A stretch of DNA of 64,000 nucleotides from an uncultured Gammaproteobacteria bacterium (GTDB taxonomy: Bacteria > Patescibacteriota > Microgenomatia > UBA10105 > UBA927), in the NCBI GenBank assembly GCA_964621305.1, contig CAZUOM010000001.1, positions 10,390-74,389 on the forward strand. The letters run 5' to 3'. Shown in pieces: positions 1 to 8,138 of this stretch (position 1 is the first letter of the stretch; each line of letters starts with the position of its first letter). Both the position numbers and the translations under genes were made by a program. The notes below the pieces were generated by a model that saw only the letters and a program-made list of their open reading frames with translations, had not been told where the DNA came from and made no database searches.

Positions 1-812
1 TTACCATCCCATGGCCGGAAGTTAAGGCAGAATACGAACTCTGTGTAGAGCGCGCGGTTGAAAACGCCGAAATTACGGGCTTTCGCAAGGGCAAGGCTCC
101 GCGTGGTCTCGTCGAACAAAAACTCGACAAAAGCAAAATTTACGAAGAAGTCCTCAAAGCGCTCATCCCTAATGTTTATAACAATGCTACTTCTGCGCAA
201 AAAATCAAACCCATTGTCACTCCCAAAGTCGAGCTAGTGGAAGCGGTGGAAGGCAAAGACTGGCTATTGCGCCTAATCACATGTGAACGGCCGGCGGTAA
301 CTCTTAAGCAATATAAAAAAGCCATCAGCGACCTAAAGTCTTCTATAACAAAGAAAATCTGGACGCCTGGCCAAGAACCCGAGCCGGACGAAAAAGAGCA
401 GGCAACCAAACCAACGCTAGATCAGCTTCTCAAGGCCGTCTATGAGAACGTGGAAATTCTGTTACCCTCTATTCTTATTGATCAGGAAGTCAACCGGCTC
501 CTCTCCGAGTTGATTGACCAAACCAGAAAACTCGGGCTCAGTGTCGAGCAGTATCTTGCCTCGACAGGTAAAAGCGTGGATAAACTGCGCAGCGAGAATG
601 AACAGCAAGCAAAACGCACGCTCACTCTCGAATTTGCGCTGGAGGAAATAGCAGACAAAGAGGCCATATCGGTTTCTGATGATGACATCGATACTGTCAT
701 AAAGTCTTCCAAAACAGACGACGAGCGTAAGGCGTTGTCTACCCAGCGGTACTATCTGGCCTCGGTTCTACGGCGTCAAAAAACCCTTGACTTTTTGGCC
801 GCAATCAACTAA
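1..812 (+). CDS. tig: Trigger factor, 5'-truncated by window; short form without PPIase domain
   Basis: Frame open from position 3: TIPWPEVKAEY...GFRKGKAP ribosome-binding signature, then C-terminal domain (LALEEIADKE-like, RRQKTLDFL). Confidence 0.9.
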   Translation, partial: TIPWPEVKAEYELCVERAVENAEITGFRKGKAPRGLVEQKLDKSKIYEEVLKALIPNVYNNATSAQKIKPIVTPKVELVEAVEGKDWLLRLITCERPAVTLKQYKKAISDLKSSITKKIWTPGQEPEPDEKEQATKPTLDQLLKAVYENVEILLPSILIDQEVNRLLSELIDQTRKLGLSVEQYLASTGKSVDKLRSENEQQAKRTLTLEFALEEIADKEAISVSDDDIDTVIKSSKTDDERKALSTQRYYLASVLRRQKTLDFLAAIN

Positions 813-854
813 ATTTTGCTCATCCCCTTGCCCCGTATAGTATAATAGTACGAT

Positions 855-1469
855 ATGAATAACCCAGTTTGGCCTCAGTCATCACAAAAAAATCCTACCA
901 GGATACCGGTTAATGATAGTATTATTGAGTCTTTAAGAAATCTTAGCAGCGGGGTTGGAAAGTCTGTTGCTAAAGACGTCCTTGGCAAAGGCGCAGGGGA
1001 CGCGTTAAAATCGCTATTTGGAACCCTTCCGACTCAACCCGCACAAAGTGAGTTTCATCCCAACCAACCAGTCGATCTCTCCCGCGAGCGATATAACCCT
1101 TATCAGGTCCGCCGAGTGGAAGCCGTAGCTCGCCCTCAGATAAAACTTGAAGAAGTGGGCATCAAGGAAAAAATTGAGGCAATCCGGATGGAGCTGAAGG
1201 CACTGGCTCATTCGGTCAAACAGTTGCGAAGTGAAGTAACCAACCAAGTCGATCAAACACCTGTTGATCCCGGCATATATCACCTCAACTTTTTTGAGCG
1301 GCTCAAGGGGATACTCAAAATTCTTCGACAACAAGTGGAAGACAGCCGCTCCTGGCTAAACCTGTGGACTAGCCGAAAAAAGAAACTAGGGTACTGGGGC
1401 CGCTATAAAAAACACGGCACACAGTTTGGCCTCTCCTCAGAGCGAACCGTGGCAACACAAGCGGGGTAG
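855..1469 (+). CDS. Conserved hypothetical protein (DUF5660-like from recall)
   Basis: 204 aa ORF, TATAAT just upstream, C-terminal PGIYHLNFFE...W motif. Confidence 0.6.
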   Translation: MNNPVWPQSSQKNPTRIPVNDSIIESLRNLSSGVGKSVAKDVLGKGAGDALKSLFGTLPTQPAQSEFHPNQPVDLSRERYNPYQVRRVEAVARPQIKLEEVGIKEKIEAIRMELKALAHSVKQLRSEVTNQVDQTPVDPGIYHLNFFERLKGILKILRQQVEDSRSWLNLWTSRKKKLGYWGRYKKHGTQFGLSSERTVATQAG

Positions 1470-1479
1470 CCAATAGGCA

Positions 1480-1554
1480 GGTCGGTTAGCTCAGCGGTAG
1501 AGCGCTGCATTCACATTGCAGATGTCGAGGGTTCAAATCCCCCACCGACCACCA
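1480..1554 (+). tRNA. tRNA-Val (CAC)
   Basis: GGTCGGT/ACCGACC acceptor stem, anticodon arm CTGCA-TT-CAC-AT-TGCAG, GGTTCAAATCC T arm, encoded CCA. Confidence 0.96.
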
Positions 1555-1558
1555 GTTC

Positions 1559-2044
1559 ATGGAATTCCTTTTTCTAGCCTTCAATCTCGTTTTTGCCATC
1601 CTCATATTCTTTCTCACAATCGCCTTTGTCACCGGCGCGCCGTTTGTGCCGTCAACAAAAAACACAGCTGCCTCAATGATTCGCTTGGCAAAACTCAAAA
1701 AGAGGATGAAGGTGTATGATTTGGGTTCGGGAGACGGTCGGCTTCTGGAACTGGCAAAACAGCAGGGCGCAGATTCAATCGGGTATGAAATCAATCCGTT
1801 TCTTGTTCTCCTATCAAGACTTCGTGGCCATACTGTCTACTGGAAAAACTTCTGGCAAGCAAACTTATCCGACGCCGACGTCGTATTCGTCTACCTTCTC
1901 CCGTGGAGAATGGATAAACTTGAACGATTTCTCATGAGTCAACTCAAACCAGGCACGCTGGTTATTTCAAACAGTTTCATCTTCCCTGGTTGGAAAATCC
2001 TCCGGAAGGACACTACCAACCACGCCTACGTGTTCCGAATGTGA
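1559..2044 (+). CDS. Class I SAM-dependent methyltransferase with N-terminal TM helix
   Basis: GAPFVP and DLGSGDGR motifs, GYEIN. Confidence 0.88.
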   Translation: MEFLFLAFNLVFAILIFFLTIAFVTGAPFVPSTKNTAASMIRLAKLKKRMKVYDLGSGDGRLLELAKQQGADSIGYEINPFLVLLSRLRGHTVYWKNFWQANLSDADVVFVYLLPWRMDKLERFLMSQLKPGTLVISNSFIFPGWKILRKDTTNHAYVFRM

Positions 2045-2056
2045 TAAAATCGGTGC

Positions 2057-2632
2057 ATGGCTATAGAATTTGACGGGCAGCAAACCGGTGAACGTACTCT
2101 CTATGTCGTGACCCCACATCAGTTTGCCAAATACGTCGCACTCATTCGCCTCGTTTTTCTCTCACTGTTCTTTTTTTTAATTCTCCAGCTTATTGCATCT
2201 GTGCTGACAAGAGCGGCCGAACCACTACAGACCGCTTCGGTAGTCTTAAGCGGGATTCTTCTGATCGTAGGATTTTGGTGGAATAATACCATCTACGGGA
2301 AGTCAAAAACCTATATAACTGACCGCCGGATAATTCGCTTTGAGGTGATGACGCCTTTTTTCACGACCAAACGCGCACTATTTTGGAATGAGGCGCTAAA
2401 AGCCAAAGGCTATGCGCCGAACATTTTTTGGAAAATGCTCAAAATCGGCAAAGTGCGCGTCGAACCGCAAATTGCGCAAGGAGAAGATGTCCTGGTCAAC
2501 GACGTCTTTTTATACGATGATGTGGCCAACTACATAGATAAAATTCTCTTCACATTCAAAAATAAACCAGGTGAGATCGCCCTTATAAAACCCTTCGTCC
2601 TCAAGCCCCGCGGCCAACGCGATGCCGCTTGA
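2057..2632 (+). CDS. Membrane protein with bacterial PH-like domain
   Basis: Two TM helices followed by YITDRRII. Confidence 0.6.
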   Translation: MAIEFDGQQTGERTLYVVTPHQFAKYVALIRLVFLSLFFFLILQLIASVLTRAAEPLQTASVVLSGILLIVGFWWNNTIYGKSKTYITDRRIIRFEVMTPFFTTKRALFWNEALKAKGYAPNIFWKMLKIGKVRVEPQIAQGEDVLVNDVFLYDDVANYIDKILFTFKNKPGEIALIKPFVLKPRGQRDAA

Positions 2633-2807
2633 CTTCCCAGTTATAATCGCTATAATTCTTATAATAATTAGACCTCTCGCTTGCATGAGAACTTACCAAC
2701 CTCAAAGAGAAGCGCTGCATCAGCGTAAAGATGCTAAGTGAGACCACCAAAGTTGGATGGAACCGCCCTAAATTTATCTAAGGACTCCAACAAGAAGGTG
2801 GTTTTTT
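2629..2807 (+). promoter_or_regulatory. Promoter plus candidate T-box riboswitch leader of thrS
   Basis: TTGACT-16-TATAAT; GTTGGA-TGGAACC-GCC with TCCAAC pairing partner; ACC (Thr) at 2695-2697 in a short stem loop; U-tract at end. Confidence 0.55.
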
Positions 2808-2818
2808 GATGCAAACAT

Positions 2819-4564
2819 ATGAAAAACGATAGTGAATTTTTTAATAATCTGCGCCACTCGTGCGCGCACCTTTTGGCGGCGGCGGTAATGGAGCTGTGGC
2901 CAAAGGCCAAACGGACAATCGGGCCGGCAATTGAAAACGGATTCTACTTTGACTTTGATTTCGGGAATGTCAAAATTTCTGACGATGATCTGCCGAAAAT
3001 CGAGGCGAAAATGCGGGACATTCTGACATCATGGAAATCATTTGAGCGCCAAGAGTTATCCGTGGCACAGGCCAAAAAAGAATACCCGGACAACGAATTC
3101 AAACAAGAGCTTATCGACGAATTCTCCGGACAGGGCGAGACCCTGTCATTTTATAAATCCGGCGATTACTGGGACCTCTGCCGCGGCGGCCATGTCGAGC
3201 ACCCAGATTCTGAATTGAAGTATTTTAAGCTCCTCTCAATCGCCGGCGCCTACTGGCGTGGGAGCGAGAAGAATAAAATGCTCACTCGCGTCTACGGCAC
3301 GTGTTTCCCGACCAAAAAAGAGCTCGACGATTACCTCTGGCAGCAGGAGGAAGCCAAAAAACGCGACCACAGGAAAATTGGAAAAGAGCTCGGGCTTTTT
3401 CTCATAAGTCCCAACGTGGGGCCAGGCCTTCCTATCTACCTACCAAAAGGGTTACTTCTTCGACGAACACTTGAGACTTGGTTGACAAGAGAAAAAGAGA
3501 AACGCGGCTACCAATTTGTTTGGACACCCCACATAGCCAAAAGCGATCTCTACAAGCAGTCCAAGCACTGGCAAAAATACGATGCCATGATGAAGCCGAT
3601 GAAAATTGAGGACGAGCGGTATGTGGTAAAACCCATGAACTGCCCCCACCATTTCCAAATTTATCTCGAGCGGCCAAGGAGTTACCGAGAGTTGCCTCTG
3701 CGGATATCAGAAAATGCCACGGTATACCGGTACGAGAAAGCCGGCGAGCTCAATGGCCTTTTGCGCGTGCGCGCCCTCACTCAGGATGATTCACATACAT
3801 TTGTTCGTCACGATCAAATTCCGGAAGAAATCGACCGAATTCTGGATCTGGCGGTCTCTGTCTTTCAGATCTTTGGCTTTCATGATTTTCGCTCACGGGT
3901 GTCGATCCGCGATAAAAAACGACCGGGAAAATACCTGGGAAAACCAGAAAGCTGGGACAAAGCAGAACAGGCGCTCATTGACGGAGTAGCAAAAAGAAAA
4001 CTCCCGTACTTCATCAGTGAGGGAGAAGCTGCTTTCTATGGACCTAAAATTGATCTTATGGTAAAAGACGCAATCGGCCGTGAGTGGCAGCTGACGACGG
4101 TGCAGCTGGACTTTAACCAGCCGGAAAATTTTGATCTGTCGTATGTGGATGAAAAAGGGAAGATGGAGCGACCAGCAGTATTACACATTGCCATTTTAGG
4201 CTCATTTGACCGGTTCCTCGCTATCTTAGTTGAACAGTACGCTGGAAACTTTCCACTCTGGCTGGCCCCGGTACAGCTAGCTCTCGTTCCCATCGCTGAG
4301 CGGCACAATCGAGCTGCATTTGACGCTGCAGAAAAACTCAGGTCCGTCGGCATCCGCGTCGAGGTGGATGATAGGAATGAACGCATGGAGGCCAAAATCC
4401 GCGACAGCTCTTTACAAAAAGTCCCGTACCTGGGTATAATCGGTGATAAAGAAGTCGAAAATCAAACGATTTCCGTGCGCAAGCACAACGGCGAGGACCT
4501 CAAAAGCATGTCAGTTGAGGAACTTCTCCGTAAATTAACTAGCGAGATTGAATCAAAAGCGTAA
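2819..4564 (+). CDS. thrS: Threonyl-tRNA synthetase (no N-terminal TGS domain)
   Basis: RHSCAH, DLCRGGHV, RDHRKIG, KPMNCP, AAFYGPKID. Confidence 0.98.
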   Translation: MKNDSEFFNNLRHSCAHLLAAAVMELWPKAKRTIGPAIENGFYFDFDFGNVKISDDDLPKIEAKMRDILTSWKSFERQELSVAQAKKEYPDNEFKQELIDEFSGQGETLSFYKSGDYWDLCRGGHVEHPDSELKYFKLLSIAGAYWRGSEKNKMLTRVYGTCFPTKKELDDYLWQQEEAKKRDHRKIGKELGLFLISPNVGPGLPIYLPKGLLLRRTLETWLTREKEKRGYQFVWTPHIAKSDLYKQSKHWQKYDAMMKPMKIEDERYVVKPMNCPHHFQIYLERPRSYRELPLRISENATVYRYEKAGELNGLLRVRALTQDDSHTFVRHDQIPEEIDRILDLAVSVFQIFGFHDFRSRVSIRDKKRPGKYLGKPESWDKAEQALIDGVAKRKLPYFISEGEAAFYGPKIDLMVKDAIGREWQLTTVQLDFNQPENFDLSYVDEKGKMERPAVLHIAILGSFDRFLAILVEQYAGNFPLWLAPVQLALVPIAERHNRAAFDAAEKLRSVGIRVEVDDRNERMEAKIRDSSLQKVPYLGIIGDKEVENQTISVRKHNGEDLKSMSVEELLRKLTSEIESKA

Positions 4565-5075
4565 ATTTTACCGCCTCAACTACCAAATTGCGTCTCCGCA
4601 ACTCCGGTTGCTGGACGAGACGGGCAAACAGATTGGGGTAGTCACAAAAATTGAAGCGCTGCAGAAGGCAAAAGAGTTAGGTTACGATGTGGTGGAGATT
4701 GCTCCTAATGCCAAGCCACCGGTGGCCAAACTCATTGACTTTAAAAAGTTTAAGTATCAAGAGGCAAAAAAGGAACGAGAGTCGCGTAGGTCGACCAAGA
4801 ACGTTGGAATCAAGGAAGTCAGGCTTCGACCTTTTATCGGACCGCATGACTTTGACACACGACTCAAGCATGGAAAAGAGTTTCTTAATGCGGGCAACCA
4901 GCTAAAAGTGAATGTGTTTTTTAAAGGCAGAGAACTTTATAAAAAAGAATTTGGGTTTGACGTAATGAAACGATATTTAGATAGTTTAGAAAACGCCAAA
5001 GTCGTCCGAGAACCCAGGATCGAGGGGAAAACGCTCGTTGCGATGGTCGTTGGTGGCATAAAAAAGACCACATAG
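4548..5075 (+). CDS. infC: Translation initiation factor IF-3 (non-ATG start)
   Basis: DVVEIAPNAKPPVAKLIDFKKFKYQ, KEVRLRP; position after thrS. Confidence 0.96.
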   Translation: MNQKRKFYRLNYQIASPQLRLLDETGKQIGVVTKIEALQKAKELGYDVVEIAPNAKPPVAKLIDFKKFKYQEAKKERESRRSTKNVGIKEVRLRPFIGPHDFDTRLKHGKEFLNAGNQLKVNVFFKGRELYKKEFGFDVMKRYLDSLENAKVVREPRIEGKTLVAMVVGGIKKTT

Positions 5076-5077
5076 CT

Positions 5078-5269
5078 ATGAAAAAAATGAAGACGAAAAA
5101 AATCATCACCAAGCGATTCCGAAAAACCGGATCCGGTAAAATAATGCACCGCACTCAAGGAGCGCGCCACTTGCGAAGTAGAAAAAACAGCACCAGGAAA
5201 CGCCGCCAAAATCGCCCGAAAGAGATCACAACGCGGGCATATTCGCGTATGATTGCTCAATACCTATGA
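5078..5269 (+). CDS. rpmI: 50S ribosomal protein L35
   Basis: KMKTKK..KRFRKTGSGKI; synteny. Confidence 0.95.
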   Translation: MKKMKTKKIITKRFRKTGSGKIMHRTQGARHLRSRKNSTRKRRQNRPKEITTRAYSRMIAQYL

Positions 5270-5616
5270 GAGTCAAACGAGGCATTACTACGCACGCTAA
5301 ACACAAAAAGCTACTTTTGGCTAACAAAGGTTACAGGATGACTAAACGACGAAACGTGCGCGTAGCGCGTGAAGCGTATCTACACGCAGGCGAGTACGCA
5401 TTCGCGGGCAGGAAACTTCGAAAGCGCGATTTTCGGAAGCTTTGGATTACTCGTATTTCAGAAGCGGTCAAGCAAAACGGGCTCTCTTACAGCCTGTTCA
5501 TGCATAAACTTAAAGTGGCTAACGTCAACCTCGACCGCAAAAGCCTGGCAAATCTCCTCGTCGAGCACCCCGACGCATTCTCCGCCGTCGTTGACAAAGT
5601 GAAGGGTGTTAATTAA
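5266..5616 (+). CDS. rplT: 50S ribosomal protein L20
   Basis: MRVKRG, RKRDFRKLWITRI, LDRKSLA. Confidence 0.97.
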   Translation: MRVKRGITTHAKHKKLLLANKGYRMTKRRNVRVAREAYLHAGEYAFAGRKLRKRDFRKLWITRISEAVKQNGLSYSLFMHKLKVANVNLDRKSLANLLVEHPDAFSAVVDKVKGVN

Positions 5617-5625
5617 AATTTGCTC

Positions 5626-5889
5626 ATGCCCAAACAAAACGGTCAGTTAACGAAGCGTTATTTAGATTGGCTTTTTGATACTAAACTAGATTTGACGCTT
5701 GAAGAAAAATTTGACAAAAAGCTTAAGCCATTACATGATGAATTTGATCAGTTATTCAAAAAACTAGACTGGTTTACTGGCAGATATGAAAAGCTTGAGA
5801 AAGAACAAATTCTTCAATCTGAAAAGGTTTCAGAGCTTGAAGAGAGAGTAGAAACAGTTGAGCAGAAGGTTGGTATTGTAGTACAATAA
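5626..5889 (+). CDS. Small coiled-coil hypothetical protein
   Basis: Heptad pattern; KLD..G...ELEERVE shared with 48957..49133. Confidence 0.7.
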   Translation: MPKQNGQLTKRYLDWLFDTKLDLTLEEKFDKKLKPLHDEFDQLFKKLDWFTGRYEKLEKEQILQSEKVSELEERVETVEQKVGIVVQ

Positions 5890-5893
5890 CTTC

Positions 5894-5974
5894 ATGTCAA
5901 CACAAAGAGCATTTTTTGCATTCTTTTTTGCCTCCAGACAAGGAGGTTCTTTGGGTCGTTATAAAGATTTATAA
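5894..5974 (+). CDS. Phe-rich attenuator leader peptide (PheM-like), MSTQRAFFAFFFASRQGGSLGRYKDL
   Basis: 5 Phe in 6 codons, TACAAT 6 nt upstream, followed by alternative hairpins, located upstream of pheST. Confidence 0.88.
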   Translation: MSTQRAFFAFFFASRQGGSLGRYKDL

Positions 5975-6003
5975 AAATTAAAAAAGTTATTTTCAAACCC
6001 GAG

Positions 6004-6025
6004 AACCTCCGAAAGGAGGTTTTTT
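6004..6025 (+). terminator. Attenuator terminator
   Basis: AACCTCC-GAAA-GGAGGTT followed by T-run; 5' arm also pairs with GGAGGTTCT (5942-5950). Confidence 0.9.
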
Positions 6026-6048
6026 AGTGGTAAAAGGAGGTGATTATT

Positions 6049-6291
6049 ATGGCGGAAACTGACATAAGAATTCTAGAAAAACGGGCGGCGGCAAGATTAC
6101 GAGGTGAAGACGTGGTTGCTCGCCAGGCTGGCGACGAGGCCTACTGGACAACACGCAATTACCGACCAGTGCTTCCAGTTACAGGTGATCAAGGAACTGA
6201 ATTGCTTGATCTCTGGTACATAGACGATAAGCCGCGAGCAAAAAAACTATTGCAAGATTGGCAACTTAAATTAAGTCCATATAGGGGATAG
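6049..6291 (+). CDS. Orphan hypothetical protein with strong SD
   Basis: AGGAGGTGA at 6035-6043, 80 aa ORF. Confidence 0.65.
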   Translation: MAETDIRILEKRAAARLRGEDVVARQAGDEAYWTTRNYRPVLPVTGDQGTELLDLWYIDDKPRAKKLLQDWQLKLSPYRG

Positions 6292-6347
6292 TAATTGCAT
6301 TGCTTAGCTTGCAGCTTAGCGATTTAGACAATACAATAAAAATACCT

Positions 6348-8129
6348 ATGACTGAACTTATTTATCTGTCCGATAGCTATCGACAGAATGATCGAGCAAA
6401 AATCGTCTCCTCTGAAAGGAGTGAGAAAGACACGCTCATCGTGCTTGACCAGACAATCTTTTATCCCCAAGGCGGCGGACAGCCGTCCGATAAGGGAGAA
6501 ATCGTTGGACCAAACGGCAAGGCAAAAGTCAAGCACGTCCGTATGCAGGGCGATGACGTAGTACACGAGTGCATCCTCGAAGGCGAACTAAAAGCGGGTG
6601 ACCACGTTGATTGCGCAATCGATTGGGACTGGCGATACCGAAACATGCGCCGGCACAGCGCAGGCCACATAGTTCATGAGGCGGCAATGATCGTTTCGCC
6701 TCTTCTTATCCCTGTCAAGGGCGAACACGGAAGCAATCCGTATATCGAGTACAAAGGCTCCCTACCCATCGATTCAAAATACGTAATTGAAAAAAAAGCA
6801 AATGAGATTGTAGAAAAAAATCTTGCCTTAACCACTGAGTTTGTCTCTCTGGAAGAACTCCAAAAACGCGCATCTTACGTCCCCCAACATTTGCCAAAAA
6901 ATAAACCGCTCAGGATTTTGATAATCGAGGGCTTTCATCCGATTCCGGACGGAGGTACACAAGTAAGCAAAACTTCAGAGGTTGGTCCTATCACAATTTC
7001 CAAAATCGAAAACGAAGACGATAAAGTGCGTATTTACTATGCTATCGAAGAAACTCAACCCTCCGTGAGCATACCACAAGAGTCGCTGTCAGGAGCTCAG
7101 TATGTAGGATTTGTTTTAGAAGCTCAGCAAAACGCAAAGAAAATACTTGAAGACACGTCTTTAGGAGTTGAAGATTTAAGGATTGCTTTGCTTGGCTCAA
7201 AAAGCGAGCTAGCGAGTCTGACCAAACAAATTCGCAACGTCATCGCCTCTGATCGACAGCAGGCGGGGACGGTCCTTAATCAAGTTAAGCGGAGTATCGA
7301 AAAACAACTTAATGAGGTGTCAAGCGTCAAGCGTCAAGCGTCAAGCGAAGAGTTTTTTGACATGACGGCTCCAGGAATCCCGCCGCCCATGGGGCATCTC
7401 CACATCGTCACTCAGGCGATTACCGAGATAACGCGGATTTTTGAAAAAATAGGCTTTACGCGCGTGCGGCACCCGGAAGTAGACTGGGACTGGTATGCTT
7501 TTGAATCACTCAACATGCCGCCAAATCACCCGGCTAGAGACGAGTGGGAGACGTTCTTCGTAGAAAGTTCAAAGTTAGAAAACAATAAGAGATTTCAATC
7601 AATTGTCTTAACTCCTCATACTTCTAACGGACAGGTGCGTGAGATGGAGAAGAGTAAGCTCCCTATCCGCATGATTAATATCGCCAAATGCTACCGCCGG
7701 CAGTCAGACGTCTCCCACGTCCCGATGTTTCACCAGTTTGAAGGAATGTATATTGATAAAGGTGTCTCGATTGGCAATTTAACTGGCGTATTTGATTTTT
7801 TTGTGAAAAACTACCATGGAATTGACAGAAAAATTCGATTGCGGCCGTTTCATTTTCAGTTTACAGAACCATCATTTGAGGTAGACATCAACTGCGGTAT
7901 TTGTCTGGGCAAAGGATGCCGGCTGTGTAAAGAAGGGTGGCTTGAGTTGGGAGGAGCCGGCATGATACATCCAGTCGTTTTAAAAAATGGCGGCATCAAT
8001 CCGCAAGACTACAACGGGTTTGCTTTCGGCTGGGGAGTAGAGCGTGCTTATATGATGAAATCCGGAACGAAACTGGACGACATTCGCTTAATCTACAGCA
8101 ATGATATACGATTCCTGCAGCAATTTTAA
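6348..8129 (+). CDS. pheS: Phenylalanyl-tRNA synthetase alpha subunit fused to N-terminal AlaX-like editing domain
   Basis: N-term LDQTIFYPQGGGQPSDKG, HSAGH, DGGTQV; C-term HPARD, PHTS, FQFTEPS, GFAFGWGVER; single continuous frame. Confidence 0.95.
   Translation: MTELIYLSDSYRQNDRAKIVSSERSEKDTLIVLDQTIFYPQGGGQPSDKGEIVGPNGKAKVKHVRMQGDDVVHECILEGELKAGDHVDCAIDWDWRYRNMRRHSAGHIVHEAAMIVSPLLIPVKGEHGSNPYIEYKGSLPIDSKYVIEKKANEIVEKNLALTTEFVSLEELQKRASYVPQHLPKNKPLRILIIEGFHPIPDGGTQVSKTSEVGPITISKIENEDDKVRIYYAIEETQPSVSIPQESLSGAQYVGFVLEAQQNAKKILEDTSLGVEDLRIALLGSKSELASLTKQIRNVIASDRQQAGTVLNQVKRSIEKQLNEVSSVKRQASSEEFFDMTAPGIPPPMGHLHIVTQAITEITRIFEKIGFTRVRHPEVDWDWYAFESLNMPPNHPARDEWETFFVESSKLENNKRFQSIVLTPHTSNGQVREMEKSKLPIRMINIAKCYRRQSDVSHVPMFHQFEGMYIDKGVSIGNLTGVFDFFVKNYHGIDRKIRLRPFHFQFTEPSFEVDINCGICLGKGCRLCKEGWLELGGAGMIHPVVLKNGGINPQDYNGFAFGWGVERAYMMKSGTKLDDIRLIYSNDIRFLQQF
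7319..7346 (+). repeat. (GTCAAGC)x4 within pheS
   Basis: Perfect heptamer tandem encoding SSVKRQASS. Confidence 0.9.
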
Positions 8130-8138
8130 ATTTCAAAT

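Noticed and set aside
2685-2741. uORF MRTYQPQREALHQRKDAK as a Thr leader peptide
   Set aside because: Only one Thr codon; the T-box motif explains the leader better, though the uORF is not fully excluded.
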